From: Podarcis melisellensis
Taxonomy: Eukaryota
Direction: 5' to 3' (one strand)
Assembly: GCA_964234715.1 (NCBI GenBank)
Contig: OZ174283.1
DNA: 64,000 nucleotides
In this document: positions 51,226-63,883 of the stretch, in pieces
How the letters are laid out: every line of letters starts with the position of its first letter
Position numbering within the stretch: the first letter of the stretch is position 1
Made by a program: the position numbers and the translations under genes
Notes under the pieces: generated by a model
Told to the model about the DNA's origin: nothing
Seen by the model: only the letters and a program-made list of their open reading frames with translations
The model's database searches: none

Positions 51226-51534
51226 GATTAAGCAATCAGTGGATCGTGAATCGTAGAGTTGGGAAGTAACCTAGTTACTTATTTTTTAATCATTACAGTT
51301 ATTTACTGTATTTTGACATATTGCCAACTCATGGTTTAGAATTCTTAGTGGGGTAGGAGAGCTGAAAATAATGCCAATATATTTCACATCTGGCAACCAA
51401 CACACCCCTTTGGTTTCAGATGATACATGGGTAAACGAGACTACAAAGCCCGGGACACAAATTTTCACAGCCCTGTAGCAGAAGTAATGTATTTAGGGTA
51501 TACTCAATTCTGACCAAATGAAGCCTCCTAGGAG

Positions 51535-52271
51535 CAGAACTTTTTTCAGGGGAAACTCACAGGAACTCAGTTCTGGCACCTCTCAGATGAGTTCTGGCCA
51601 TAGCTGTCAACTTACAGATTTGAAAATAAGGGATCAGCAGCCTTGAAAATAAGGGACCTGCAGCCTCATCTGTTCCAGGCACTCCAGTCTTCCTGTCCTC
51701 CTGCAGTCTGGTCATACTCATGCTGGTAGCTTCGAGAACACTGTCCAACCAACTTTGTAACCAGAGGTTCAACTGAATAGAATCTGAATCACATGCACCA
51801 CAAGGCCTATGCAGCCTCAACTTAAGATGGCTCCACGGCCTGGCTTTGCACTGCAAAGTTTGCAGCAGCACGTGCGACAAAATGGCGTCCAGCATTCAAA
51901 AAACCCCTCAGCTTGCATTAACTAGCCACACACAAGGCATTCAAGCTCCACCCCAGTCATTCTTAGACTTCTTATTGGGTGAGCAACACAGCCAAGCAAC
52001 ACAGTTGGAGCCTTCCTCCTCCCTGGCCGGCAGGGAGGGAGGGAGAGGAGCTGCTTCCTTTGAAATTTAAGGGACATCATTTAAGGGACATCCATCAATA
52101 AGGGACAGCAGCGGGACATGGTGCTGGAATAAGGGACTGTCCCTTCAAATAAGGGACACTTGACAGCTATGGTTCTGGCACCTTCCTGGTGGGCGCCATT
52201 GCCATTATAAGAGAATGAGGGAGGTGTTCATGGTGAGTTCTGGCACCTCTTTTACTAGAAAAATAGCACTG
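51535..52271. mobile_element. hAT-type MITE (CAGTGCTTTT family), host of a nested insertion
   Basis: cagaactttt / aatagcactg termini, TSD cctaggag / actaggag, repeated agttctggc motifs. Confidence 0.82.
51599..52171. mobile_element. Nested hAT-type element (CATAGCTGTCAA termini)
   Basis: Perfect 12-bp TIRs, perfect 8-bp TSD gttctggc, seven subterminal taaggga(c) motifs. Confidence 0.9.
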
Positions 52272-52285
52272 ACTAGGAGGCTTTT

Positions 52286-52642
52286 GGGATGCATGTGGTG
52301 CTATGGTGTAAACCACTGAGCCTTGGGCTGGCTGATTGGAAGGTCGTTGGTTCGAATCCCCACGACAGGGTGAGCTGCCGCTGCTAGGTTCCAGCTCCTG
52401 CCCACTTAGCAGCTCAAAAGCATGTCAAAGTGCAAGTAGATAAATAGGTACCGCTCCGGCGGGAAGGTAAATGGTGTTTCCGTGCGCTGCTCTGGTTCGC
52501 CAGCAGCGGCTTAGTCGTGCTGGCCACATGACCCGGAAGCTGTATGCCGGCTCCCTCGGCCAATAAAGCAAGATGAGCACCACAACTCCAGAGGCGGCCA
52601 CGACTGGACCTAATGGTCAGGGGTCCCTTTACGTTTACCTTA
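52286..52642 (+). mobile_element. Sauria SINE (full length)
   Basis: tRNA head with ggttcgaatcc, body, and ccctttacgtttacct tail. Confidence 0.94.
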
Positions 52643-54294
52643 CTAGTTCTGCAACTGCAGCTTGATGCAAATCAGCCATGAGGGCATGACAGGAGCAGGA
52701 GAAATGGCTCTGTTTGCGATGCTGGCTAGCTGAGCATGTGTATATGAAGTCAGGGCTCAGCAATCATTGAAATTAGCATCTTTTCAATATGCAAGTATTT
52801 TGCTTCCAAAAGCCCAGAGACAAAAGACAAATATGCTGTTTTCCAGTTGCTAAGCTTGAAGACTAGGGCTTGAAATTTAATTGGCAGGGTTTCTGCATAG
52901 AGGCCTGTAGAACGTGTGACCCCAAAGCTGAATGTAACCCAGAAGACAGACATTTGTGCTTGCCAAGTGTTGGACTCAACTATCCTGCGCATTCACCCCC
53001 ATATTTGTGGTCCAAGACAGGAAGGAAAATCAGGAGGTTTATCAAGACCTTGGTGGGATGGAACACCAGTTTTTGCCGGCTTGATGGCGTGCAATGACCT
53101 ATAAATATTATATGATACGGGTGACATTGAAAAGCACGGGAGATACAGGAAGGAGACATTTTTTGTATTTTGCTTAAGGTGCCAAGACGCTTGAGGCTAA
53201 CATTGCTCTACTCTGAATTCAGAGCCAGAGCTTCAGAGCTGGATCAAGGCAGAATGGAGCGATTAAAGCGAAAGGCCCATTTCTGTAATTTTTAAATATA
53301 GAAATATTTACTTAAACTGAAAACTACTGCATAGCATTTTATAGGCCTTTTTCAGTAACTGAAACTCTTGACAGCTTCTCTCATAGTCATCGGAAACAGA
53401 TGTGCAGAATTCCTGAAAGGAGGAGGTTGGAGGGGGGGATGAAGAACCTACAAAGTTTTACTGGAGGTTGTGTGTCATTTCGAATTTTAACAAGCTGCAA
53501 AGATCAGTGGAGATGCAGTCGCTCCCTTTCGGATGACTGCACAGCAACCTTTTGAGCAAAAGGAAGAGCAAGCCATGTTGGATCCAGAAGGAGATACCCA
53601 GAGTATCTGTTCCAATGGTAGGAATCCCGCTTCTCTCTAGAAACAGGCTCCAAGACTGCAAGTGGGGGAGCTAAATGGTTTTATGGCCATGAAAAAAGAG
53701 AGAGGAGGTCTTTTCTTTCCCAGTCGGCATTTCAGATGCACGATCCTTTCCTCTTTGGTTTAATGGGCTTTCTGCACCATGCTATGTTAATGAGAGGAAA
53801 CATATTGTTCCTATTTATCTCATTTAAAACTTAGAGCAAACCTGGGTGAGTTATGGCACATATGCAGTTCGGCACACACGATGCTCACTTGCCTATATAG
53901 AAAACCCCTTTTGCCCAGGCCAAAACTAAATGAGACTAACAATGCCCGCTGGCCCAATCCCACAAGGAGGCGCTCCATCATCAGAATACCTAGGCACCAA
54001 AATGCAGCAAATGAGACATATCTGTTGTCTACCAGCTGTCTGGCAGCCCCCCATTTAAACAGACCTCACCACCTGAAGAAACCTACGCAGCTTTTCTGTG
54101 GGAAAAGGATTCAGATAAATCGCCATGGGGCGCTGAGCTGAATAAATTACTGCTGCGCCAAAATCTGTCCTTTCTCAAATGTTTTCTTCCCCTGTGAAAC
54201 AGGCTGCCATTTTTCTGCCTCGTTCTCAGGACACCAAATGTCGGTTATTAGAAGATTCCAGACAGATAAAAACAGAAAGTAATATGCATTGTCA

Positions 54295-54552
54295 AACTAT
54301 GGAACTCAGTCCCACAAGAGACGGTGATGACCACCAACTTAGATGACTTTAGAAGGGAATTGGACAAATTCATGGGAGAGAGATGGCCATCAGTGGCTAC
54401 CAGCCATCATGGCTATGCCCTACCTCCACAGCTGGAGATGGTGATGCTGCTGGAAGCCACAGGGAGTGTGCTTGGATCCTGTTTGCAGGTTTCCTAGTGC
54501 TGGACTAGATGGGCAATTGGCCTGATCCAGGTGCTCTTCTTACATTCTTATG
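54295..54552 (+). mobile_element. CR1 LINE ORF2 C-terminus + 3' UTR
   Basis: LWNSVPQETVMTTNLDDFRRELDKFM, then tail ending ttcttacattcttatg. Confidence 0.85.
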
Positions 54553-54625
54553 GCACATTAAAACTTTGGTGGGTGCAGGATTTTCAGCTCACCTTTTCAT
54601 TGCAAGGTGGCTGAGGATGGTATCG

Positions 54626-55404
54626 CAGAGAAGGGGTAAAAAATGGTTTCAGTTTACCTTTAAAGGTTAATCTTTTTTATTTGCACCTTATGAAACAAGA
54701 TGCGAACTGAAACACAGACACTCTTTTGAAATCTGCAATGCCATTCTCCAGCCAAGTAATGTGCACAATAATTCACACACACTAGTGTCTGTGTTTCAGT
54801 TCGTATCTTGTTGGGACGCGGGTGGCGCTGTGGGTTAAAGCCTCAGCACCTAGGACTTGCCGATCGAAAGGTCGGCGGTTCGAATCCCTGCGACGGGGTG
54901 CGCTCCCGCTGCTCGGTCCCAGCGCCTGCCAACCTAGCAGTTCGAAAGCACCTCCGGGTGCAAGTAGATAAATAGGGACCGCTTACTAGCGGGAAGGTAA
55001 ACGGCGTTTCCGTGTGCAGCTCTGGCTCGCCAGAGCAGCGATGTCACACTGGCCATGTGACCCGGAAGTGTCTCCGGACAGCGCTGGCCCCTGGCCTCTT
55101 AAGTGAGATGGGCGCACAACCCCAGAGTCTGGCAAGACTGGCCCGTACGGGCAGGGGTACCTTTACCTTTACCTTTTACTAGGGCAAAGAGTGCATTAAA
55201 ATGCACGTATTGGTGAAAATAGCACACAGAACGCACTATAGCGGAGAAATCTGGTTTGCTCAAATGTGCCTATTAGGCAAAATTGCCTAAGAAAAGTGCA
55301 TATATTCGGAGAACTTTGTGCTAAATGTGGAAATGTGGAGAACTGAAGACTGGAATAATGAGAAACTATGAAAAGCTGAACTGGACAAATTTTGTCCATC
55401 CACG
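54626..55404. mobile_element. TAGGGATGGG-type MITE, split by a Sauria SINE
   Basis: Segments on both sides of the SINE are homologous to the reverse complement of 159-557. Confidence 0.65.
54813..55177 (+). mobile_element. Sauria SINE (young third subfamily)
   Basis: gggacgcgggtggcgctgtggg head, ggttcgaatcc, gcccgtacgggcaggggta(ccttta)n tail. actag duplicated at 54781-54785 and 55178-55182. Confidence 0.95.
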
Positions 55405-56897
55405 GTCGCATGTGTATGTTTTCCAGTAAAATTGCTCCAACACTCTGCAGTCTCCCTGACTGACTGCACTTCCTAAAAAAGCGCAATGGGAGGAGTTTCC
55501 TCATGGCAACTTCCCCTGAGCTTGGATGGCAGTGGAAGCACCTAGGAAGGCTGCAGAGAGCAGACCACTAGAGAGATGATTTGTTAAAGGAAAGAATGGA
55601 CACTTGCAGGCACACTTTGGCTAACACAAAAGTAAGGTAAAGATGGAAAAATCCATGCTCCCCCCCCCCCATGAAAATGTCTCTCTCCCCTTTGAGCATT
55701 TTCAAATCTCTTCTCAGTAATTGTTGGAGAATGGTCAAAAAGCCATGGAAGAAATTTTCCAAACAGTACTAGGGTAAATGCATTTCATTTTAACCTATTG
55801 TTATTGCACAAGGAAAGCTGTTCATAATAGGTCATAAATGAAGAAACTGGCATCATTTTGGCAATACAAATATGAGGAGTGAGGTCATATGAATCTTTTG
55901 GAGAGAGGGTGAGTGTTCCAACATACTTTAAAAACTCAACATACATTAGGTTGATGTAAAAACGCAGAAAACAAAAAAGCTATTCTTGATACAAGCAGAC
56001 TATTTGGAAGGAAATTAATTAAAGGCCGGACCCTGATCCCAGATCTCAGCAAGCCAAGAAACACTGGAATGTGCTCAGGTTCCATCTTTGTGGTCCACCA
56101 AGTAATGTAAGCTCTTACAAAGCCAAATCATAGATAATTAAATTTCTATCTGCTTGTTCTGGAAAAGAATACTGTGAAAGATAGGAAGCCTTTACAGAAA
56201 CATCCCACAGACCAAATAGCTTAAAAGTAATTTCTCTGAATCAGCAATGTGTGAGGGGCTGCTGCTGCTGTGCTCACCAGAAAGGAGAATCAAGCAGGGA
56301 AATGTGCCATGAAATCAGGGGCGCTCTGGGTTGAGAAGGCACCTGCAGGGCCATCATAGACAACCCAGAATCTCCCCAACTTCAGGCCACCACACCCAGA
56401 TGCATGTCTTTCCTGGTGAGCTCAGTTCCGCTGCTGCTCCACCCCTTCACACGCCACTTCTGTTTCTCAGCGCAATTGCTAGTTTTGTGGCATTAAGGTT
56501 GCGATCCCACATACATTTGTAGAGGTGCCACAGGGAAGTCAGCATTGCTTAACTGGCTTCCCAATGCTGTGTGACAGGGCTGGTTACTGGAGAGGGCCAA
56601 GACAATGGGGAGCTCTATGCTCCTCTATTCTTCCTCCTCCAGGTTACCAGCAGCAATGTGCGGCATTGGGAATGCCACCCTGCCTACACTGCCCCACAGA
56701 TCGCTACTGCTTCGTTGGGACTAAGTTCCATCGAACTCAATAGAGCTTGCTTCTGAGTTGACGTGTATGGGATTGCACTCTAATAATAGAAAATATTGCT
56801 CTCTCTGTGCTTGTGTGCGTGAGAGAGCATTTGTGTGGATGTGAATATGAAGCCCTATGTATCTCAGCCACACTTTGGTGCAACCAAGAGGTGGGTA

Positions 56898-57249
56898 AGG
56901 TAAAGGGACCCCTGACCATTAGGTCCAGTCATGGCCGACTCTGGGATTGCGGCACTCATCTCGCTTTACTGGCAAAGGGAGACGGCGTACAGCTTCCGGG
57001 TCATGTGGCCAGCATGACTAAGCCGCTTCTGGCAAACCAGAGCAGCGCACAGAAACGCCGTTTACCTTCCCACCAGAGCGGTACCTATTTATCTTCTTGC
57101 ACTTTGATGTGCTTTCGAACTGCTAGGTTGGCAGGAGCAGGGACCAAACAACAGGAGCTCACTCCGTCGTGGGGATTCGAACCACCGAACTTCTGATCGG
57201 CAAGTTCTAGGCTCTGTGGTTTAACTCACAGCACCACCCACATCCCTCT
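56898..57249 (-). mobile_element. Sauria SINE (full length)
   Basis: 12-bp TSD aagaggtgggta (56886-56897, 57250-57261). Confidence 0.95.
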
Positions 57250-57538
57250 AAGAGGTGGGTAGAGGTATGAAAATAAAGGTCGGCTCTATGGAGATGGACC
57301 GGGGCAACAGGTTTTCTAAGCTGGGATTTGGGTCTAGAAAACCACCAATACCTTTCAGCTGCCAGCTGTTGCAACAGCAGATAGAGAGAGCTAAGTTTTT
57401 ATCCCAAGCTGGACTCTTCATCAGTCAAAGAGTTGAGAGTAAGGCAGGATGATGAAAAAAGAGAGTTCTGGCTTAGAATGCACAAGGTCCCCTCCCTTGC
57501 AATTGTTGTAATGGATTGCAGGGCATCCTTGGACACTA

Positions 57539-57769
57539 CAGTGGTACCTCGGGTTACATACGCTTCAGGTTACATACGCTTCAGGTTATAGACTCCGCTA
57601 AGCCAGAAATAGTACCTCAGGTTAAGAACTTTGCTTCAGGATGAGAACAGAAATCGTGCGGCAGCAGCGGGAGGCCCCATTAGCTAAAGTGGTGCTTCAG
57701 GTTAAGAACAGTTTCAGGTTAAGAACAGACCTCCAAAATTAATTAAGTTCTTAACCAGAGGTACCATTG
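57539..57769. mobile_element. Tc1/mariner (Tigger-like) MITE
   Basis: TIRs cagtggtacctcgggtta / taaccagaggtaccattg, TA TSD. Confidence 0.92.
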
Positions 57770-59239
57770 TACTAGAACTGGGGCAAAGCTTCCCCACTGT
57801 ACTGACTCTTGGGCCACCTAGTGTCACAGCTAGGGAAAACATTTTTCCTCCCCTAAAAAGTATCCCTAGAATAGCAGAAAGCAAAGTTCATGGCAATAGT
57901 AGATAATGACAGCATGCGATCCAACAGCCTCAAGGAACTTTGTTGACTTGTCTTATGGAAGAACTGCTACGGAAGTTTCTGGAAAAACTACCAAAATGTC
58001 ATTCCCCCAAAAGACAGAAGGAGGATCACATATGGAACCGTCCTGAGTTATTTCAAAACTTACAGCCCAGTTAAGCTGTGGTACTTGGAGTTTAGTGCAT
58101 TTTTGCCTCTCTCCCCCCCCCACCCCGGGTTTAAGTTTTACATAGCTTCTCTCAAATACAGCATGGAGCCAGCCAGCATCTCAACTAATGCACTGAATAT
58201 AATCATGGACTGCCAGTGAAAGCTAAGTTGATTGCACAGAAATCAACTGTAAATGGAGAACAGTCATCTTGTGTTTTTAGTGGGCAAAATATTAAGGAGC
58301 AGGCAACATTATACATAAATATTCACCGCAAAGGGTATGTTGCAAGGGTGAACATTGTAATTCATTTCTGAAATATGTTGTCTGCTTTATTCCGTCTCTT
58401 GTCTATGAACCCAAATGTGTTTTCAAGACTTCAAAGAAAGGAAATAAGATAAGACATTGAAAAATGACTGAGAAGGGGAACATTTTCAAATTACACATGC
58501 AAACCAAGAAATAATATTTTAGGAATGGTTTCCAGAATTACAGATAGAGCCTGTGAAGTTGTTGCAGATTTTGTTTTTTTATTTTGTAAGAAAATGAGGC
58601 TTAAAAGAAGGAAACAACACAGTAATGGAAAATGTCCATTTTGACATTAGAAAATATATCTTGGGTCCTCAGCAGGCTCGCTCCATGGACTGACATGCCA
58701 ACAGAAACAGAGGCATACAGCTTTGTCACATGTGTGTCACTTTAAAATCATTTGTAAAGATTATTTATTGTTGATGTGCACACACAGCTGCTCTGACTAG
58801 AGGCATGCTGGGCTATTCAAGCAGCTCTTTAGATGCAGTGCAAGGAACTGCCACAGGTTCCTGCTCTACCCCTAAGATTGCAAATAGCGCTCAGGATGAA
58901 ATTGTTGGAGACTCAGGGGCTTGAATGTTGCAAACGGCAAAGCAGGCTCCTGCGAAATGTATGTGCTTAGCCCTCAAATCCTTTTCTGCAAGAAGGGAAT
59001 GGTAATATGCAACACTGGGCCCTGCCATTAGTGTGAAACTTCTGGACTCCCCCCCCCACACACACACACACGTGGATTGAAATCAAACAACACAGGCAGA
59101 GACAAAATGTTTTGCAAGCCCTGATAACCAGTTGATGGTTGAGACTTTGAAGTTCTCTGCATGGGGCTTTGTAGATGTCTGCAAACCCCCTTTTGGTCCA
59201 CCCACATCTTAATCTGCCCCACACCTAATGATACCTAAT

Positions 59240-59470
59240 GAACCAGGCAGAGGGCCTTCTCGATAGTGGTGCCCGCTCTGTGGAACGCCCTCCCATCAAT
59301 TGTCAAGGAAATAAGCAACTATCCTATTTTTAGGCAGCGCTGTTTAGGGAAGTTTTTAGTATTTAATGCTGTATTGTTTTTAACACTTGATTGGGAGCTG
59401 CCCAGAGTGGCTGGGGAAACTCAGCTAGATGGGCGGGGTATAAATAAGAAATTTATTTATTTATTATTAA
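59240..59470 (+). mobile_element. L2-type LINE ORF2 C-terminus + 3' end
   Basis: TRQRAFSIVVPALWNALP, followed by the terminus also seen at 27120. Confidence 0.85.
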
Positions 59471-61832
59471 TGACACTAGGTACAGGATAGTGAGTCTGAC
59501 TTGTGGGTCAAATTAAAGCTCAGGACTGGCAGTGCCCCACCCTGGTATAATATTTTCAACAACTTTAAGAAACCTCAAAATTGAACTCACTCTCTCTGCT
59601 TTAAATACACACCCCAGTGTCTCTGCTAGGGATAAGAGTCAGAGCCCTTCATCAAAACCATGGGAGAAGAAACATGAAAGGAATCCTGCTTCTCAGGAAA
59701 ACAAATTAAAAATAATTTTCATGTTAAACGTGTAAGGGGAAGAATATGATCAGAAAGAACACTGGTATTATCTAAGTTCATTCCCCCCCTCAATAAATTA
59801 GATGAAACTATCATCTAGATAGTTAGATGAAACTAATTTGTTGTAATGTTGTTAAAAAACTGAATTTGAATGGGTTGGATTAATAATTGCTCTGTAGGAT
59901 CTTGTGATCTGAAAATTCTATTATTGATTTCCCATTAAAGCATTTTAAGGAACGAAAATGTTCTTGTCCACTCCTTGCTCTGCTAAAGATGCCAACACTA
60001 CTCCCCCCCTTTTTTTGTATGTCTCACCCTAGAGTAAATTTCAGCCTCAGATATGGGGAATTGGTGAATGGAGAAGACGAAATGTTTTAACTCAAATACT
60101 ATCCCTCACTAACTCTTCTGTAGTTCAATATATATTTTTAAAAGGAGAAAAAACATTAGGCTATTACAATGCCAAACAACTGTTCATGTTAAAATGTAAA
60201 TGTTATGGATGGCTTACATGATATGATTGGTATCCAGCCATCTGCAAGGGGGGTTAACAGACAAAGCAGCCTTTCCTGGAAGCCATCTGCACAAACACTG
60301 ATTGAGCAACTTCATGAGATTCCTATTTGGAAATCTATGAATTGATGAGGTGGGAGACTGTTCCCAATTACTCAACTGCAGCTAAAACAATGAGGACATT
60401 ATTATTATTATTTTGCTATTATAATTATTGCAAATATAGACACTGAAATAATAGCCAATGTAGTCCACTGAGAGAGGGTATTTCTGTTCTACTACCACCA
60501 GGCTGAGGAATATCTTTCACCAACACTGAATTGTTTTTCAGTTTCATGAGGCTTACCTAGTCCACAGGTGTGCTGGATTTGCCTCAATGGAAGCTGCTCT
60601 TCTCTCTGACTTCTATCCCCTCCTCTATTAACTGGATTGCAAATGCTGAAGATCCAGAACAAAAATGTCTCATTTGCCACTTAGGTTAGGAGGACTTATC
60701 TGGCTGCTGCAAGTGGTTTTCCAGAAGTTGCCCTTGTCACAATGACACATGTGTTTATGATCCTTGGCTTGATTGCTAACCACAGAAAGCTGTCTTAAGT
60801 CTGCTCTTAAAGAGGACTTGCAAAATGACTTGATATTCGCTTCCTCCTCTTCATTAATCCCTATCCTATTGGTATGGACAGATTGCATATTTACCTATAT
60901 ATCACAGTGAGAAATTCCATTTAGAGCTGCTCAAGATCACCGTCCATTTGTATTAAAATGTGCAGTTAGTGTAGGACACGTTTAAGGAATTTTAGGGAGC
61001 AGCCAATGGGTGAGAAGTTTCTGAATCAAGCCTTCTGAAGTAAGGTGAAGATGAGATCTGAGATAATGAAGGATTTCCTGTCAAGAAGCTGTTCTGCCTT
61101 CAATGTCAGTAGGGGAACAAGCCATTGGAAGCTGACAGAGACGTTCACATGTTCACCAAAGCTTATTTTTACCAATTAACTACTATATGAAGCAGAGTCT
61201 TGACTTCTATGAGAATTACCTGCTGGATACTGCATATCTCCAGAGCCCTACGCAGAGGCCTAACATAGGTTTTGAACACTTTTTAGAGATCTTTTAAGAC
61301 TGGGGCCCCATTTCCACTTATAATTACCATAGTCAAGGGAAATATTTTACTCCATAAAGCGGTTTTCAGTGATGCCCTTAAGTTTATATATCATAAACTG
61401 CAACTGTATTTCTATATGTTACTTTAAAAAAATATTAAAACGATAAACATCTGAGGTTCTACAAAAGCAGGGATAAGACAGGGTTCCACTTTGCTGTATG
61501 AATGAGATGCTTAAAAAGGTTCTCATAATGCATTTTCAATAAAAGGTTTATAAACGGAAACATCTGATTTCTATTTTTCAGGCTAACAGCTACGTTTTTC
61601 AAAAAAATAATAACCATGGAAGTTAGGAGTACAAGATTCCATTAAACCACCTCATTGGATCTCATTTCTTGAACTCTCTAGGGAGAGGATAGTGTCCCTT
61701 TTATACAGTACACCAATAGAAAATAGAACTTACTGCATGGTTCATAAGCCCCAGCAAACATAAAAGGCTAGTTTTGTCCAAATCACATTAGTCATGAAAG
61801 TAAGCAAGGAGCTTTAATCTCAGATGTTTGAT

Positions 61833-62018
61833 CAGGGGTGTCAACTTGAATAAAATATTGAAGAGGCCAAGGTAAGCCCCGCTCCACATAATTGATTACA
61901 TGACATGGTGCACGCACACCATTTGAATGACATTGGCCATCAACTTGGGAGGGAGTGGCACCCTCAAATATTTTGGGGGGGAGCAAAGACCCCTGGCCCC
62001 TAGGAGGTGGCTCCTATG
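61833..62018. mobile_element. hAT-type MITE
   Basis: caggggtgtcaac / ggtggctcctatg termini, TSD tgtttgat / tgcttgac, homolog at 33719. Confidence 0.72.
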
Positions 62019-62764
62019 TGCTTGACAATTTCAATGTGATTGAAAAGAGCCTTTTGGGTGTTTCAGAAAGTCAAGGTGCTCGTGGTGCACTAAACCTTAC
62101 AGGAGTAGGTTGAGTGCTAAGTGTGTTGATCAGGAGTTCTTCATGATCATCTTGACCAGCTTATTTTTTTAAAAAAAAAATTGTGTGAATTGGCTCCAAA
62201 CACACTGCCAATGAGGGACAATGGAAGGCTCCATTATCTCAACTTAGCACATAGAGTTTAAGTGTCCATAGTTCACTTTCTGGAAACTAAAAAGAGCCTA
62301 GGGCAAACAAAACAAACACCCCCCCCCAAGAAACCCCACACAGATTCCTGTATCTGGGTTACTTTTTTTACCTAAGCCGATGGAAAGTACTGAGATGCTG
62401 AATGCCCATGGGGTGGTTGTGTTTTTTTGTTTTGGAGGGGAGAGAACCGACCAGAGGAAGCAAAATTAAGTTCTCTTCTTCTGACACACAACACACATTT
62501 GGCTTGTTGTGAGACATTTTACCTAATCCAAGATTCATTGGAATTTTACTTGGGGTACTAAATGTTCCAAAAACCTGCTTGTTTAGGGGTGTTTTTTCCT
62601 GTTGGAAAAGGTTAAAATATGGGATAATGGAGTGCTGACCCTCCTTTTATTTCACCCTTAATTCCTCCTGAAAGTTATTTTTTTTAATTTGCATTTTTGT
62701 TTCATATAGCAAATAACAAAACACCTTCTTTACACTGCATTGCATATTTCAGTGCTGTACCATT

Positions 62765-62876
62765 GAATCAGAAGGGACCAAGAGGGTCATCTAGTCCAAT
62801 GAGGATTTTTTGCCCAATGTGGGGCTCAAACCCACGACCCTGAAATTAAGAGTCTCATGCTCTACTGACTGAGCTA
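62765..62876 (-). mobile_element. tRNA-Lys(CTT)-derived head fused to a CR1 3' tail (SINE or retro-chimera); not a functional tRNA
   Basis: The minus strand reads tagctcagtcagtagagcatgagactcttaatttcagggtcgtgggtttgagccccacattgggca, a tRNA-Lys-CTT with several substitutions and no 5' acceptor strand. It is followed by ..ttggactagatgaccctcttggtcccttc, a CR1 tail. Confidence 0.8.
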
Positions 62877-63715
62877 TGGTTTCATGCACCATGTAGGAAT
62901 CAGATTACATGTAAGAATACTGTCAGGTAGAAGGTTAGGCTAGAATTATTTCTCCTGACATGACAGTTTTATTAACAGAGCCATTTTTATGGAGGAGCAT
63001 TCAATTCAGTGATCTCCCATTTGGAGTCTGAACTGTGCACTTGAGCCTGAGCTGCACCACAGGATTATCCTCATGGAGCTCAGCGTCATGTATGACTTCT
63101 TAGGCAACTGAGAAAATCAAGACACCACATGTATCAGAGGTATTGTATATTTAGCTGAATTTGTACTCATCAGCATGTCCGAAAATTGTCAGCGTTTTAT
63201 GATAATTTACATACATATGGAGTATTTCAGGGATTCGATTAGTCATAGCCATGGAAAAAGAAAAGTCAGAAGTACCATTACCGCAGCAACTGCTTTTCTT
63301 TCTTTCTTTTTCTTTAAAAAAATCTTTCATCTGGTTTCTCTTATTCACTGGCTTAACCTGTGTGTCAAGGGAGGGAACTTTCATCCATCATCTACTAAGC
63401 CTGTGCTGGGATGGCCTAGAAATTCAGCATCTGAACTTCAAACTGTTGCTTTCTGTATTCCATCAGACAGTTGAATATATACTTCACTCTCACTATATGA
63501 TTAATCGCTTTTTGAACCTTTGCATTTTTGTACACAATATCAGTACGCTTAATTTCTGCTTTGCGCCATTGTGATGTTTGTTGTGGATCTTAGATGGCAG
63601 TTTCCATGTTTCACTGAGGTTGTGACTAGAGTCAGTGTTGTTTCATGGTGTAGTTCTACAAGATCACAGGGTTCAGAGGTTTAAAAGACACACAGACCTG
63701 CTGCAAGAACATATA

Positions 63716-63883
63716 CCGTATTTTCCCATGTATAAGACTAGGTTTTCCCCTTTAAGAAATGTCAAAAAATGGGGGGGGGCATCTTATACACAGATATATC
63801 TTCCCCCTATTTTCTTAAATCTGAGTCCTCAAAAATAGGGGGCGTCTTATACATGGGGGCATCTTATAGATGGAAAAATATGG
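63716..63883. mobile_element. Tc1/mariner-type MITE
   Basis: TIRs ccgtattttcccatgtataaga / tcttatagatggaaaaatatgg, TA TSD, internal gggggcrtcttata repeats. Confidence 0.88.

Noticed and set aside
53503-53620. Protein-like frame ISGDAVAPFRMTAQQPFEQKEEQAMLDPEGDTQSICSN before gtagga
   Set aside because: No credible acceptor, an in-frame stop lies just upstream, and I recognise no homolog.
62811-62876. Functional tRNA-Lys gene
   Set aside because: The 5' acceptor strand is missing, the B box and stems are mutated, and it is fused to a CR1 tail.
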